In this document: one piece after another, positions 41,401 to 49,402 of the stretch
Position numbering within the stretch: position 1 is the first letter of the stretch
Layout: every line of letters begins with the position of its first letter
Source of the DNA: Thermoflexia bacterium
GTDB lineage: Bacteria > Chloroflexota > Anaerolineae > B4-G1
Length of the DNA stretch: 64,000 bases
Reading direction: 5' to 3'
Assembly (NCBI GenBank): GCA_011192155.1
Contig: DUEK01000002.1
Location: forward strand, 12,388-76,387
Made by a program: the position numbers and the translations under genes
The notes under the pieces: generated by a model
The model's input: the letters and a program-made list of their open reading frames with translations, nothing else
The model's database searches: none
Told to the model about the DNA's origin: nothing

Positions 41401-44400
41401 GTTGCAAGAAACACACGAGGAGCTAGAAAAATACACGACCATCCTGGAGCGTCAGACCGCCAGGCTTCGTGTGGGAGCCGAGGTGGCCCGCGAGGTCTCT
41501 GCTATCCTCGATGTGCATCAACTTCTCGACGAGACAGTACGTCTCATCTCCGATGAATTTGGCTTTTACCACGCCGGCGTCTTTATGGTGGGCGATCTGG
41601 GCGAGTATGCTATCTTGCGCGCTTCCTCTTCTGAGGGCGGGCGTCGTATGCTGGAGCGGGGTTATAGAGTGCCGGTTGACGCGCGACCAGAGCCGCCAGA
41701 CGCGAGCGGCATCGTGGGCTATGTTGCGGCGACGGGCGAATATCGCATCGCCCTAGATGTGGGCGAGAATGTCGCGACGCTCCCCTCTGATCGGAGAGGA
41801 GCCGTTTCTTTCAATAACCCCGACCTGCCTGATACTCGCTCCGAAATATGCCTTCCGCTGAGAATGCACGGTCGCACCATCGGCGTGTTGGATATTCAGT
41901 CTGCTCAAGAGGCTGCCTTCTCCGAGAGCGATATGGCGGGCTTTCAGACACTGGCCGACCAATTGGCCGTCTCTATAGAGAACGCTCGCCTGGTGGAGCG
42001 CACGGAGGACCAGTTGAGCGAAATGGGTCGCCTCTACGGTGAATACAGCGCCGCTGCCTGGGCCGACCTGCTGTCGCCAGAGCGTCCGAGGGGTTACATC
42101 TATGATCGCGTTGATGTCCTGCCGGTCATGGACTCGCCGTCCCCGACGCTCGACTTGGCCCCAGCGCGCGGCGAATCGGAAACGACAGGCTCAATGCTGA
42201 CTATGCCGCTCAAGCTGCGCGGCCAGACCATCGGCGTTCTGGGCGTTCAGGAAAGTGACGGCGTTCGCGAATGGTCGCCCGAAGAAGTCGCTATTGTCGA
42301 GGCGGTGAGCGACCAGGTAGCCATAGCGCTGGATAGCGCCCGCCTGTTCGGCGAGGCTCGCACCCACGCTGCGGAGATGGTCGTGTTGAACGAATTAGCC
42401 CAGTCCCTCACCGCCCGCCTGACCGTGGAGGAGGTGCTGGAAGAGACCTATCGGGGTGTCTCTCGGTTGATGGATACCACCAACTTTTACATTGGCCTCT
42501 ACAACCCCGAGTTAGATAGTGTTTCGTTCCCGTTGGCTTTTGAGCATGGCCAAGCAGCGAACTGGCGACCGCGCAGGCTGAGTTCAGGTCTTACAGAGCA
42601 TATCATTCGCAGCAGGCAGCCATTGCTCGTGCGAGAGGGAGTATCTGAACGGATGGAAGAGTTGGGGATTGAGATGATTGGAGCGCCTGCTCTTTCTTGG
42701 CTAGGCGCGCCGCTGTTGGTCGGCGACCGGGTGCTAGGGGTGATGGCCATTCAGAGTACGACCACTCCCCGCGCCTACGGCAAGCATGAGCAAGATTTAC
42801 TGACGGCTGTCGCTAGCCAGACGGCCATTGCCCTGCAGAGCGCCAACTTGTTCCACGAGACTCAACGGAGGGCGACGCAGTTGGCCGCCGCCGCCGAGGT
42901 CGCCCGGGATGCCACCGCTATCTTGGAGGTAGACCAGTTGCTAGACGAGACGGTGCATCTCATCTCCGAACAGTTCGGCTATTACCACGCCGGCGTCTTT
43001 CTCCTGGATGAACAGGACGAGTACGCCGTTTTGCAAGCCGCCTCCTCCGAGGGCGGGCGGCGGATGTTGGAACGGGGGCACAGATTAAAGGTCGGTAAGG
43101 TTGGCATCGTTGGTTACGCTGCGGCGACGGGAGAACCTCGTGTCGCCCTGGACGTGGGGCAGGACGAGGTACACTTTGCCCACGACGATCTCCCCGATAC
43201 CCATTCAGAGATGGGATTGCCGCTAAAAGTGCGCGAGCAAGTGATCGGTGTGCTGGATGTTCAATCTGAGCAGGTCGCTGCCTTTTCTGAGGATGACGTG
43301 TCGGCCTTGCAAACGATGGCCGATCAGTTGGCCACCGCTATCGCCAACGCTCGCCTGTTCCAAGAGACCCGGTCCGAGGCCCAGCGTCGCGCTCTCATCA
43401 ACGAGATGCTCCAGGCTGCCTCCACGTCGCTGAACCCGGAAGAGTTGCTCCACCAGGCTGGAGAGGTTATCTCTCAGCGTTTGGAGTCGCCCTCCGCGAT
43501 CTTTACCTGGGATGCGGCGGAGGAGATACTCTGTACTGTCGCCGTCCACGATTCTAAAGCTGCCGATGTCCCATTGCCTGAAGCGTTTCGAGAAATGACT
43601 CGCGTGATAAACCCCGCCCTCTTTGAGGCGGTGGGGAAGCGCCGCACCAGCATCTTGGAAGTGACATCTTCTGATCAGGAGGAAGCAACACGCTTTGCTG
43701 GCGTGAGCGGCCCACTGGTCGCTACGGCTAAACGGAACCAGGCGCAATCTGTTATTTACGTTCCTTTGGTCTCCCGCGATCAGGTGCTGGGTGTGCTCGG
43801 CATTGGGAGGCTTGAGGATCAGCCGCTCGTGAACGTCGAATTCATCGAGCTTTTGGCCGCCAACCTGAGCGTGGCTGTGGAAAACGCCCGCCTGTACCAG
43901 GGGGCGGTGCAAACCGCCGAGCGGTTGACAGAGGTGGACCGACTCAAGAGCCAGTTCCTAGCTAACATGTCTCATGAACTGCGCACGCCGCTCAACTCTA
44001 TCATTGGCTTCTCCCGCGTCATTCTCAAGGAGATTGACGGCCCGCTCACCGATATGCAGCGCACCGATCTGCAAGCCGTCTACAACAGCGGGCAGCACTT
44101 GTTGGGCCTGATCAACGATATCCTGGAAGTGGCCAAGATAGATTCTGGCAAGATGGAGTTGGTTTCTGAAGTGGTGAACTTGCAAGACATCATCAAGGGC
44201 GTCATGTCCACCGCTATCGCGCTGGTCAAAGACAAGTCTGGCGTCAAGTTGCAGCAGGTCGTCCCTCAAGATTTGCCGACGATAATGGGCGATACACGGC
44301 GCATCCGTCAAGCGATTCTCAATCTTGTCTCTAACGCTGCCAAGTTCACCACGGAAGGCTTCATTCGCGTGGAGGTTGAGGTTGCAGACAACGAAGTTGT

Positions 44401-45463
44401 CATTTCTGTGGCCGATAGCGGTATTGGTATCCCGCCGGATAAGATTGACATGATCTTTGAGCCTTTCACCCAAGCTGATTCTTCCACTACTCGCGAGGCC
44501 GGAGGCACAGGATTGGGCCTTTCTATCACCAGTAGCTTTGTCAAGATGCACGGTGGTCGTATGTGGGTGGAGAGTGAGGCGGGAGAGGGTTCCACTTTCT
44601 ACATGACGTTGCCCATCCATGGAGCTTCTCTGTCCGAGGAAGAGGCGGGGAAGGAGCAACTGGAGCCGGAGCCTGAACTTGAACAAAAAACTGTTCTTTG
44701 TGTAGAGGACGACGACGGGGTTGTCACCCTCTTTCGCCGCTACTTGAACAATCAAGGCTACAACGTCGTTGGCCTCACCGACAGCACGGTGGCGGTGGAA
44801 CGGGCACGAGAGCTACAGCCGTTTGCCATCACGCTGGATGTGATGATGCCCGGCAAGGATGGCTGGCAGGTCATTCAAGAGTTGAAGGCCGATCCCGAAA
44901 CCTGTGACATTCCTGTTATCATGTGTACTATTGTGGGGGAGAAGGAGTATGGCATCAGTTTGGGCGCGGTCGATTACTTGCTCAAGCCAATTCTCGAACA
45001 TGACCTGCTGGCTGCGCTGGGTCGCCTGGACTGGGCGGGGGGCCAACACCTGGTGTTGGTGGTGGACGACCAGCCGGAGGATCGAAACCTGCTGCGCCGG
45101 ATGCTCGAGGGCCAAGAGGGGTACGAGGTTGTGGAGGCGGGCGGTGGCCAGGAGGCCATCGCCGCGATCCAACAAACACCGCCCCACGTTATCATCCTGG
45201 ATCTTATGATGCCGAACGTGGATGGGTTCGCCGTTTTGGAGGCGGTTAAAACGGACGAGAATACTCGCTCTATTCCTATCATTGTTGTAACTGCCAAGGA
45301 CCTGACCACAGAAGAGCGAGAGGCCCTCAGTAGTGGAGTGGAGGCATTGCTGCAAAAGGGGATCTTTGAGCAGCACGAGCTACTGGCAGACGTGGCAGAG
45401 GCGCTGAACCGATTAGGAGACAACGCAGGAGGTGAATCAAGATATGAAGCAGACCCCACATAA
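38411..45463 (+). CDS. Giant hybrid sensor histidine kinase (2 PAS, about 9 GAF, HisKA, HATPase_c, 2 REC), 2350 aa
   Basis: PAS1 carries 'CHNYICPAEKGRCP'. PAS2 'YRVILDSIEEAYYEVDLAGNFTFFNDA'. Serial GAFs, two of receptor-paralogue type ('FGFYHAGVFMV', 'FGYYHAGVFLLDEQDEYAVLQAASSEGG'). H-box 'MSHELRTPLNSIIGFS'. 'GGTGLGLSITSSFVKMHGG'. REC 'VLCVEDDDG...TLDVMMPGKDG' and 'VLVVDDQPED...ILDLMMPNVDG'. Confidence 0.9.
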   Translation: MAKASDKRKTSAQLIEELQEPAEMPCESVERLKVLLESVPSGIVVIDAETHEIVAANPATIEMLGAPLEQVIGSVCHNYICPAEKGRCPITDLGQMVDKAERVLLTPDGERVPILKTVASVMLNGREHLIESFVDITEHKQTERALRKSEEKYRVILDSIEEAYYEVDLAGNFTFFNDALCAMLGYTRDELMGANYRQYTGDENTERVYQTFNTVYRTKEPAALFDWEIIRKDGTNKLVEASVSLMTDPVGDEPLGFRGIVRDVTERARSEVIRARTEAEIVKLNSELTTLNRIGQALISALNMEETLTIITERVSHLMGVAAASVVLHDEAQGDLYFAAASGEGADFVLSARFGLGQGIAGWVVQHGEAAIVPDVSQDERFFDDLDKRSGLTTRSILCVPLQAKGQVIGAIEVMNKKAGDFDQEDLRFLTSLAAPAATAIENARLFEQSQAFAQDLAVLNELSQALTARLSVEEVLEEAYRQIARLVDTTNFYIGLYDQEKDEVAISFMVSKSEIDRQITVIPAAHGFTGYIIRNRTSVLVKENVAEWLEEKGIEMVGDPACSWLGVPLLVGDQVLGVMAVQSYTTPCLYGEHDLDLLMAIAGPMAIAIQNARLYEQAQHEIGERKQAEAEVRRRAEQAALTYEVGQRVSGELGLGELLAEIVTVVRDAFDYYGVMLLLEEETGRLTPDQGEAKRLTLQSIAGGYADVFPSDLEIAVGEGMIGHAAASGKSQISNDVSQNPYYARKAEEETKSELAVPIRSGRKLIGVLDLQSDELDAFDETDVMLMETLADQIGAAIGNARLYEEAQRRLREQTMLFDVSQRLADTPLQVDEIAKVAARQFTEVMEAAECSLSLLDPQGDALQTLADFVTKDGIILQNDEQEEESFALSDYPATARVMETRQPLVVQASDPGADPDELAYMRQHEIATLAIVPLVAKGQAVGVIEIVMWEEHHYTAEWLNLAMTLANQIAGALENARLYEEIQRELTERKRMEEVLQETHEELEKYTTILERQTARLRVGAEVAREVSAILDVHQLLDETVRLISDEFGFYHAGVFMVGDLGEYAILRASSSEGGRRMLERGYRVPVDARPEPPDASGIVGYVAATGEYRIALDVGENVATLPSDRRGAVSFNNPDLPDTRSEICLPLRMHGRTIGVLDIQSAQEAAFSESDMAGFQTLADQLAVSIENARLVERTEDQLSEMGRLYGEYSAAAWADLLSPERPRGYIYDRVDVLPVMDSPSPTLDLAPARGESETTGSMLTMPLKLRGQTIGVLGVQESDGVREWSPEEVAIVEAVSDQVAIALDSARLFGEARTHAAEMVVLNELAQSLTARLTVEEVLEETYRGVSRLMDTTNFYIGLYNPELDSVSFPLAFEHGQAANWRPRRLSSGLTEHIIRSRQPLLVREGVSERMEELGIEMIGAPALSWLGAPLLVGDRVLGVMAIQSTTTPRAYGKHEQDLLTAVASQTAIALQSANLFHETQRRATQLAAAAEVARDATAILEVDQLLDETVHLISEQFGYYHAGVFLLDEQDEYAVLQAASSEGGRRMLERGHRLKVGKVGIVGYAAATGEPRVALDVGQDEVHFAHDDLPDTHSEMGLPLKVREQVIGVLDVQSEQVAAFSEDDVSALQTMADQLATAIANARLFQETRSEAQRRALINEMLQAASTSLNPEELLHQAGEVISQRLESPSAIFTWDAAEEILCTVAVHDSKAADVPLPEAFREMTRVINPALFEAVGKRRTSILEVTSSDQEEATRFAGVSGPLVATAKRNQAQSVIYVPLVSRDQVLGVLGIGRLEDQPLVNVEFIELLAANLSVAVENARLYQGAVQTAERLTEVDRLKSQFLANMSHELRTPLNSIIGFSRVILKEIDGPLTDMQRTDLQAVYNSGQHLLGLINDILEVAKIDSGKMELVSEVVNLQDIIKGVMSTAIALVKDKSGVKLQQVVPQDLPTIMGDTRRIRQAILNLVSNAAKFTTEGFIRVEVEVADNEVVISVADSGIGIPPDKIDMIFEPFTQADSSTTREAGGTGLGLSITSSFVKMHGGRMWVESEAGEGSTFYMTLPIHGASLSEEEAGKEQLEPEPELEQKTVLCVEDDDGVVTLFRRYLNNQGYNVVGLTDSTVAVERARELQPFAITLDVMMPGKDGWQVIQELKADPETCDIPVIMCTIVGEKEYGISLGAVDYLLKPILEHDLLAALGRLDWAGGQHLVLVVDDQPEDRNLLRRMLEGQEGYEVVEAGGGQEAIAAIQQTPPHVIILDLMMPNVDGFAVLEAVKTDENTRSIPIIVVTAKDLTTEEREALSSGVEALLQKGIFEQHELLADVAEALNRLGDNAGGESRYEADPT
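40478..40500 (+). repeat. 30-nt-family repeat, single copy (read as DQGEAKRL) inside a GAF of the giant kinase
   Basis: GATCAAGGGGAAGCGAAACGACT. A 10-aa insert 'TPDQGEAKRL' lies between 'EETGRL' and 'TLQSIAGG', flanked by GACTCAC / GACTGAC. Confidence 0.6.
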
Positions 45464-47141
45464 TCAAAGGGAAGCAACGCGACATAAATTCGAGCACCAG
45501 GTTTGGTTAGAGTGTGCGGGCTGTGGACATCGCGTCTTGTTTACCCACCCACTGAAAGCGTGTGAGAAGTGTGGTGGGCAATGGCTCGACGCGAGTTATG
45601 ACTATGACAGCGTCCGCGAGCAGTGGCCTGCTGTGTTGAGTGAGCGACCCTTTGACATGTGGCGCTACAGGGAGCTTCTTCCCCTGCGCGACGACACCAA
45701 TAAAGTGACCATGGGTGAGGGAGGAACGCCGCTGCTCCACGCCACCAACTTGGGGCTGATGCTCGGCGCTCCGCACATCTACTTCAAGGACGAGCGGCAA
45801 GGGCCGACCGGTTCATTCAAAGACCGGCAGGCGGCGTTGGCCATCTCGGTGATGAAAGAGCACGACATGACCGAGGCAGTTGTTGCCTCTACCGGCAATG
45901 TCGCCATCTCCTACTCAGCCTACTCTGCGCTGGCCGGTATCAAGATGTGGACCTTTCTCACCAGCCTGGTGCCCCCTGAGAAAATGCGCGAGGTAGCGCT
46001 CTATGGGAGCGAGGTCATCAAAGTGACTGCCTCTTATGATCAGACCAAGAAAGTGGCGGCGGATTTTGCGGAGCGTAAGGGCATTTTTCTCGACCGAGGG
46101 ATTCGGAGTATAGCGGCCCGCGAGGCTATGAAAACCGTCGCTTTCGAGATGGCCGAGCAATTGCCCATGTTGATTGGCGACGGCGATACCCTCTGGCGCG
46201 CGCCCGATTGGTACATCCAGGCCACCAGTGGGGGGATGGGGCCGGTGGGCGTGTGGAAAGCTTACGAGGAGATGGTGAGACTGGGGCTGGTGGACAAGAT
46301 GCCCAAGCTGGCCTGCATCCAGGTCGCCGGCTGCGCGCCGATGGTTCACTCCTTCAACAAGGGCCTGGACGAGGCCGAGCCGGTCCTCAACCCGCAGACC
46401 TTGGTCATCACCATCGCCACCGGCAGCCCTGGCCCGGCCTACACTTTTCTGTCTCGCGTCATTCGAGAGCACGGGGGAGCCTTTGAGGCCGTGACTGACG
46501 AAGAGGTCTTTCGCGCTATGCACGTGATGGCCAAGTTGGACGGCGTCTCGATGGAGACGGCGGCCGCGACGGCCTTTGCTGGGTTGTTCAAGTTGCTCAA
46601 TAAGGGTATAATAAAGCGTGATGAGGTCGTGGTCGTCAATTGCTCCGGACATACCTTCCCGGTCGAAAAGCACTTGCTGGGCGATGAGTGGGCGCGAACG
46701 GTTGATGTGCCCAAGAGAGAGGACGCTGTCGAGGAGGGATTGCTAGGCTCTCTGGAACAACTCGACGGTCGGGTGCAGAGCATTGTCATCATTGAGGATA
46801 ATCCCCAGGCCACGTTGTTGTTGCGGCGTATCTTGCAGACACGAGGGGAGTACCGGATATTTGAGGCTCACGACGGAATCGCAGGCTTGGAGTTGGTGCG
46901 CCGCGAGCGGCCCGATTTGATCTTGCTAGACCTGATGATGCCGGGTATGGATGGCTTTGAAGTGCTAGATGCGCTCAAGGCCGACGAAAACTTGAGCGAC
47001 GTGCCGGTGATTGTCATCACGGCCAAGGAGTTGACGATTGCCGAACGGCAGCGTCTCAGCGGGAGGATTGACAAGTTAATGCAAAAAGGCTCTTTTACTG
47101 ACGAGGAGTTGCTGACAGAAATCCTAAAGCGGGCGGCATGA
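45444..47141 (+). CDS. Threonine-synthase-family PLP enzyme fused to a C-terminal response-regulator receiver domain
   Basis: AGGAGG at 45427-45432, then ATG at 45444. N-terminal zinc ribbon 'CAGCGHRV...CEKCGG'. PLP-lysine motif 'GPTGSFKDRQA'. 'ASTGNVAIS'. 'ATSGGMGP'. C-terminal REC 'IVIIEDNPQA...LILLDLMMPGMDG...VIVITAKE...LMQKG'. Confidence 0.8.
   Translation: MKQTPHNQREATRHKFEHQVWLECAGCGHRVLFTHPLKACEKCGGQWLDASYDYDSVREQWPAVLSERPFDMWRYRELLPLRDDTNKVTMGEGGTPLLHATNLGLMLGAPHIYFKDERQGPTGSFKDRQAALAISVMKEHDMTEAVVASTGNVAISYSAYSALAGIKMWTFLTSLVPPEKMREVALYGSEVIKVTASYDQTKKVAADFAERKGIFLDRGIRSIAAREAMKTVAFEMAEQLPMLIGDGDTLWRAPDWYIQATSGGMGPVGVWKAYEEMVRLGLVDKMPKLACIQVAGCAPMVHSFNKGLDEAEPVLNPQTLVITIATGSPGPAYTFLSRVIREHGGAFEAVTDEEVFRAMHVMAKLDGVSMETAAATAFAGLFKLLNKGIIKRDEVVVVNCSGHTFPVEKHLLGDEWARTVDVPKREDAVEEGLLGSLEQLDGRVQSIVIIEDNPQATLLLRRILQTRGEYRIFEAHDGIAGLELVRRERPDLILLDLMMPGMDGFEVLDALKADENLSDVPVIVITAKELTIAERQRLSGRIDKLMQKGSFTDEELLTEILKRAA
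45462..45485 (+). repeat. 30-nt-family repeat core, single copy, spanning the giant-kinase stop and the ThrC-REC N-terminus (read as NQREATR)
   Basis: AATCAAAGGGAAGCAACGCGAC immediately overlaps or follows the TAA at 45461-45463. Confidence 0.6.
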
Positions 47142-48493
47142 GTAGCCAAGATAAAATGAAGCGTATCAAGATTCTTTATGTAGAGGATGATCCATCCAGT
47201 GCTACACTGGTGCGTCGCTTGCTCGAAAGCGAGGGTTACCAGGTTGTACATGCCGCAGATGGCCTGGCTGCCATAGAGGCCGCCAGGCGCGAAATACCGG
47301 CCCTGATTTTGATGGACATAAACATCGGCGGCCTGGATGGCTACGAGGTGACCACTCGCTTGCGATCCATCGAGGAAGTGGAGGGGGTGCCTATCGTGGC
47401 CGTCACTGCCGCCACGTTGGATGGCGACCGAGAGCGGGCGCTCATTGCCGGGTGTACCGGCTATATCGCCAAGCCGATTGATGTGGATAAATTCCCGGAA
47501 CAGGTATACTCCTTCCTGCAAGGGACGAAGGAAGAGATCGAGTCTGCGGAGGAAAAGAGCGAGTATCTGGTCGAGTACAGCCGCAGTTTGGTGAATCGGT
47601 TGGAGACCAAGATCCGTGAATTGGAGGGAGCGCACGCCGAGTTACAGCGGATTGAGAAAGTAAAGTCGGATTTCATCATCTTGGCCAGCCACGAATTGCG
47701 CACGCCGATGACGTGTGTCTACGGTTACATCCAGATGCTGCTCGCTAACCCTGATATTCCCGGTGATGCCGATGAAGAGGGCAGCGCCCGCAACCTGCTT
47801 CATCGCATCGCCGCTGCCACGCATCGGCTTGGCCTGGTCTTTGACGAAATTCGCAACGTTTCCCTCATTGACGCCGATCGCTTAGACTTGGCCTGGGAGC
47901 CGGTGCCTCTGAAATCTCTGATCTATAACGTGGTGGGTAACTTGCAGAAAGCTGGTCCAACGCGGGATCTGCGATTCGAGTTTGAGGGAGTAGAAGAGTT
48001 GCCGGTGCTCTATGGGGATGATAAGCGCTTGCATCAAGCGCTATGGAACGTCGTTAGCAATTCGATAAAGTATACGCCCAATGGCGGGTGTATACGTATC
48101 GTAGGCCATCAAATTCAGGATACGGTACATCTCTCTATCCAGGATAGCGGCGTGGGTATTCCGCAGGCGGAGCAGGAGCACATATTCGATCACTTTTACG
48201 TGCTGGAAGATACGAGCCTTCACCACTCGAGTAAGACTGCGTTTAAAGGGGGCGGGTTAGGACTGGGGCTTACTGTGGCGCGAGGCATCATTGAAACCCA
48301 CGGCGGCAAGATCTGGGTAGAAAGCGAAGGGTACGACGAGGAGCAGTTACCGGGTAGCGTCTTTCACATTCTCCTGCCGTTGCGTAAAACTTCTTTCTCG
48401 CTAACTGATGCGTCTATTCCAGCTTCCATTCCAGAGGAGCATTACCCTCTGCCAGACGCATCCCCGGATCGCGCGCCATCAGAATCATACTGA
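47138..48493 (+). CDS. Hybrid histidine kinase (N-terminal REC, HisKA, HATPase_c)
   Basis: ATGA overlap with the upstream gene. REC 'ILYVEDDPSSA...LILMDINIGGLDG...IVAVTAA...GYIAKP'. H-box 'ASHELRTPMT'. 'NSIKYTPNGG'. 'DSGVGIP'. 'GGGLGLGLTVARGIIETHGG'. Confidence 0.9.
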   Translation: MSSQDKMKRIKILYVEDDPSSATLVRRLLESEGYQVVHAADGLAAIEAARREIPALILMDINIGGLDGYEVTTRLRSIEEVEGVPIVAVTAATLDGDRERALIAGCTGYIAKPIDVDKFPEQVYSFLQGTKEEIESAEEKSEYLVEYSRSLVNRLETKIRELEGAHAELQRIEKVKSDFIILASHELRTPMTCVYGYIQMLLANPDIPGDADEEGSARNLLHRIAAATHRLGLVFDEIRNVSLIDADRLDLAWEPVPLKSLIYNVVGNLQKAGPTRDLRFEFEGVEELPVLYGDDKRLHQALWNVVSNSIKYTPNGGCIRIVGHQIQDTVHLSIQDSGVGIPQAEQEHIFDHFYVLEDTSLHHSSKTAFKGGGLGLGLTVARGIIETHGGKIWVESEGYDEEQLPGSVFHILLPLRKTSFSLTDASIPASIPEEHYPLPDASPDRAPSESY

Positions 48494-49331
48494 CTCCCAG
48501 CAGCCCGCTCCCAAGCCACTGTACGAGCGTTAACCGCTCGCCCAGCAATAGGAAAGCCAGCACTAGGCTGACGATGAGTTCCAGCAGGCTGGCCATCGCC
48601 GTCTCAACTCCCCCCAGCCGTTCTAGTGCAAAGAACATTGTCAGCCGAGATAGGGCCGTCGTCAGGCCCAGCGCCAATATGGCGCTCCAGCCGGTGCTCG
48701 CGATAGGTTCCAGCGGCTGCGATTGCACCGCCCGCGCCACGCCGACCACGCAGGCCATAGTCGTCAGGATGTAGAGCGCCGCTTTGCGCGCCGGCACGTC
48801 GGCCAGCACCCACTGCCCCAACACCAGATGCCAGCCGTAGGTCGCCGCTGAGGCGATCATCAACGTCACCCCCAGCCAGTTCAATACCCCAGGTTCCGCG
48901 CGCGTTAGCAAGTAGATGCCTAGCGTGGAGAGCGCGAGCCGCGACATAGTGAGGCGCGTCAACGGTTGCCCGGCAGCAAAGAGGAACAGCACCACCCACA
49001 GCGGGTAGAGAGTGTTGAGTAGAGAGGCGCGGGAGGCATTTACGTGCAAGAGACCCGTGTAGTAGAACAGCGACCCAAAGCCATTGACCGCGCCCACACC
49101 GATGCACCCAATGAGGTCTCGCCAGGAGATGGCGATCTCGCGGCGCCAAAAGATCAAAAAAACTAACCAGAGGAGCAACGCTGCCGCCACTGTGCGAAAG
49201 GCCACCAGCGTATATGGTGTGACGCCGTTGGCGTAGGCCATCTTGCCTAGAATGGGCGACCAACCCAAGAAAAAACTGGCTGCCACTGTGGCTGTGATCC
49301 CTTGACGTTGTTTGCGGCTTAGATTTGACAT
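48414..49331 (-). CDS. EamA/DMT-family transporter
   Basis: About 10 predicted TM helices in two EamA-like halves. The 3' end overlaps the convergent kinase gene by 80 nt. Confidence 0.7.
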   Translation of the reverse strand: MSNLSRKQRQGITATVAASFFLGWSPILGKMAYANGVTPYTLVAFRTVAAALLLWLVFLIFWRREIAISWRDLIGCIGVGAVNGFGSLFYYTGLLHVNASRASLLNTLYPLWVVLFLFAAGQPLTRLTMSRLALSTLGIYLLTRAEPGVLNWLGVTLMIASAATYGWHLVLGQWVLADVPARKAALYILTTMACVVGVARAVQSQPLEPIASTGWSAILALGLTTALSRLTMFFALERLGGVETAMASLLELIVSLVLAFLLLGERLTLVQWLGSGLLGVSMILMARDPGMRLAEGNAPLEWKLE

Positions 49332-49402
49332 TTTACCTATCCTGCCGTTCCTTTCTCAATCCGTTATTGTGCTGTGAGCATACCTGTGTTACACTTCTCG
49401 CG

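Noticed and set aside
48414-48493. 80-nt convergent overlap between the REC-kinase and the EamA transporter. There is also a 60-nt overlap at 6297-6356 and a 17-nt overlap at 49914-49930.
   Set aside because: Both partners have low-complexity C-terminal extensions beyond their last recognisable domain. The overlaps more likely reflect stop-poor GC-rich sequence or slightly mis-set ends than a functional antisense arrangement.
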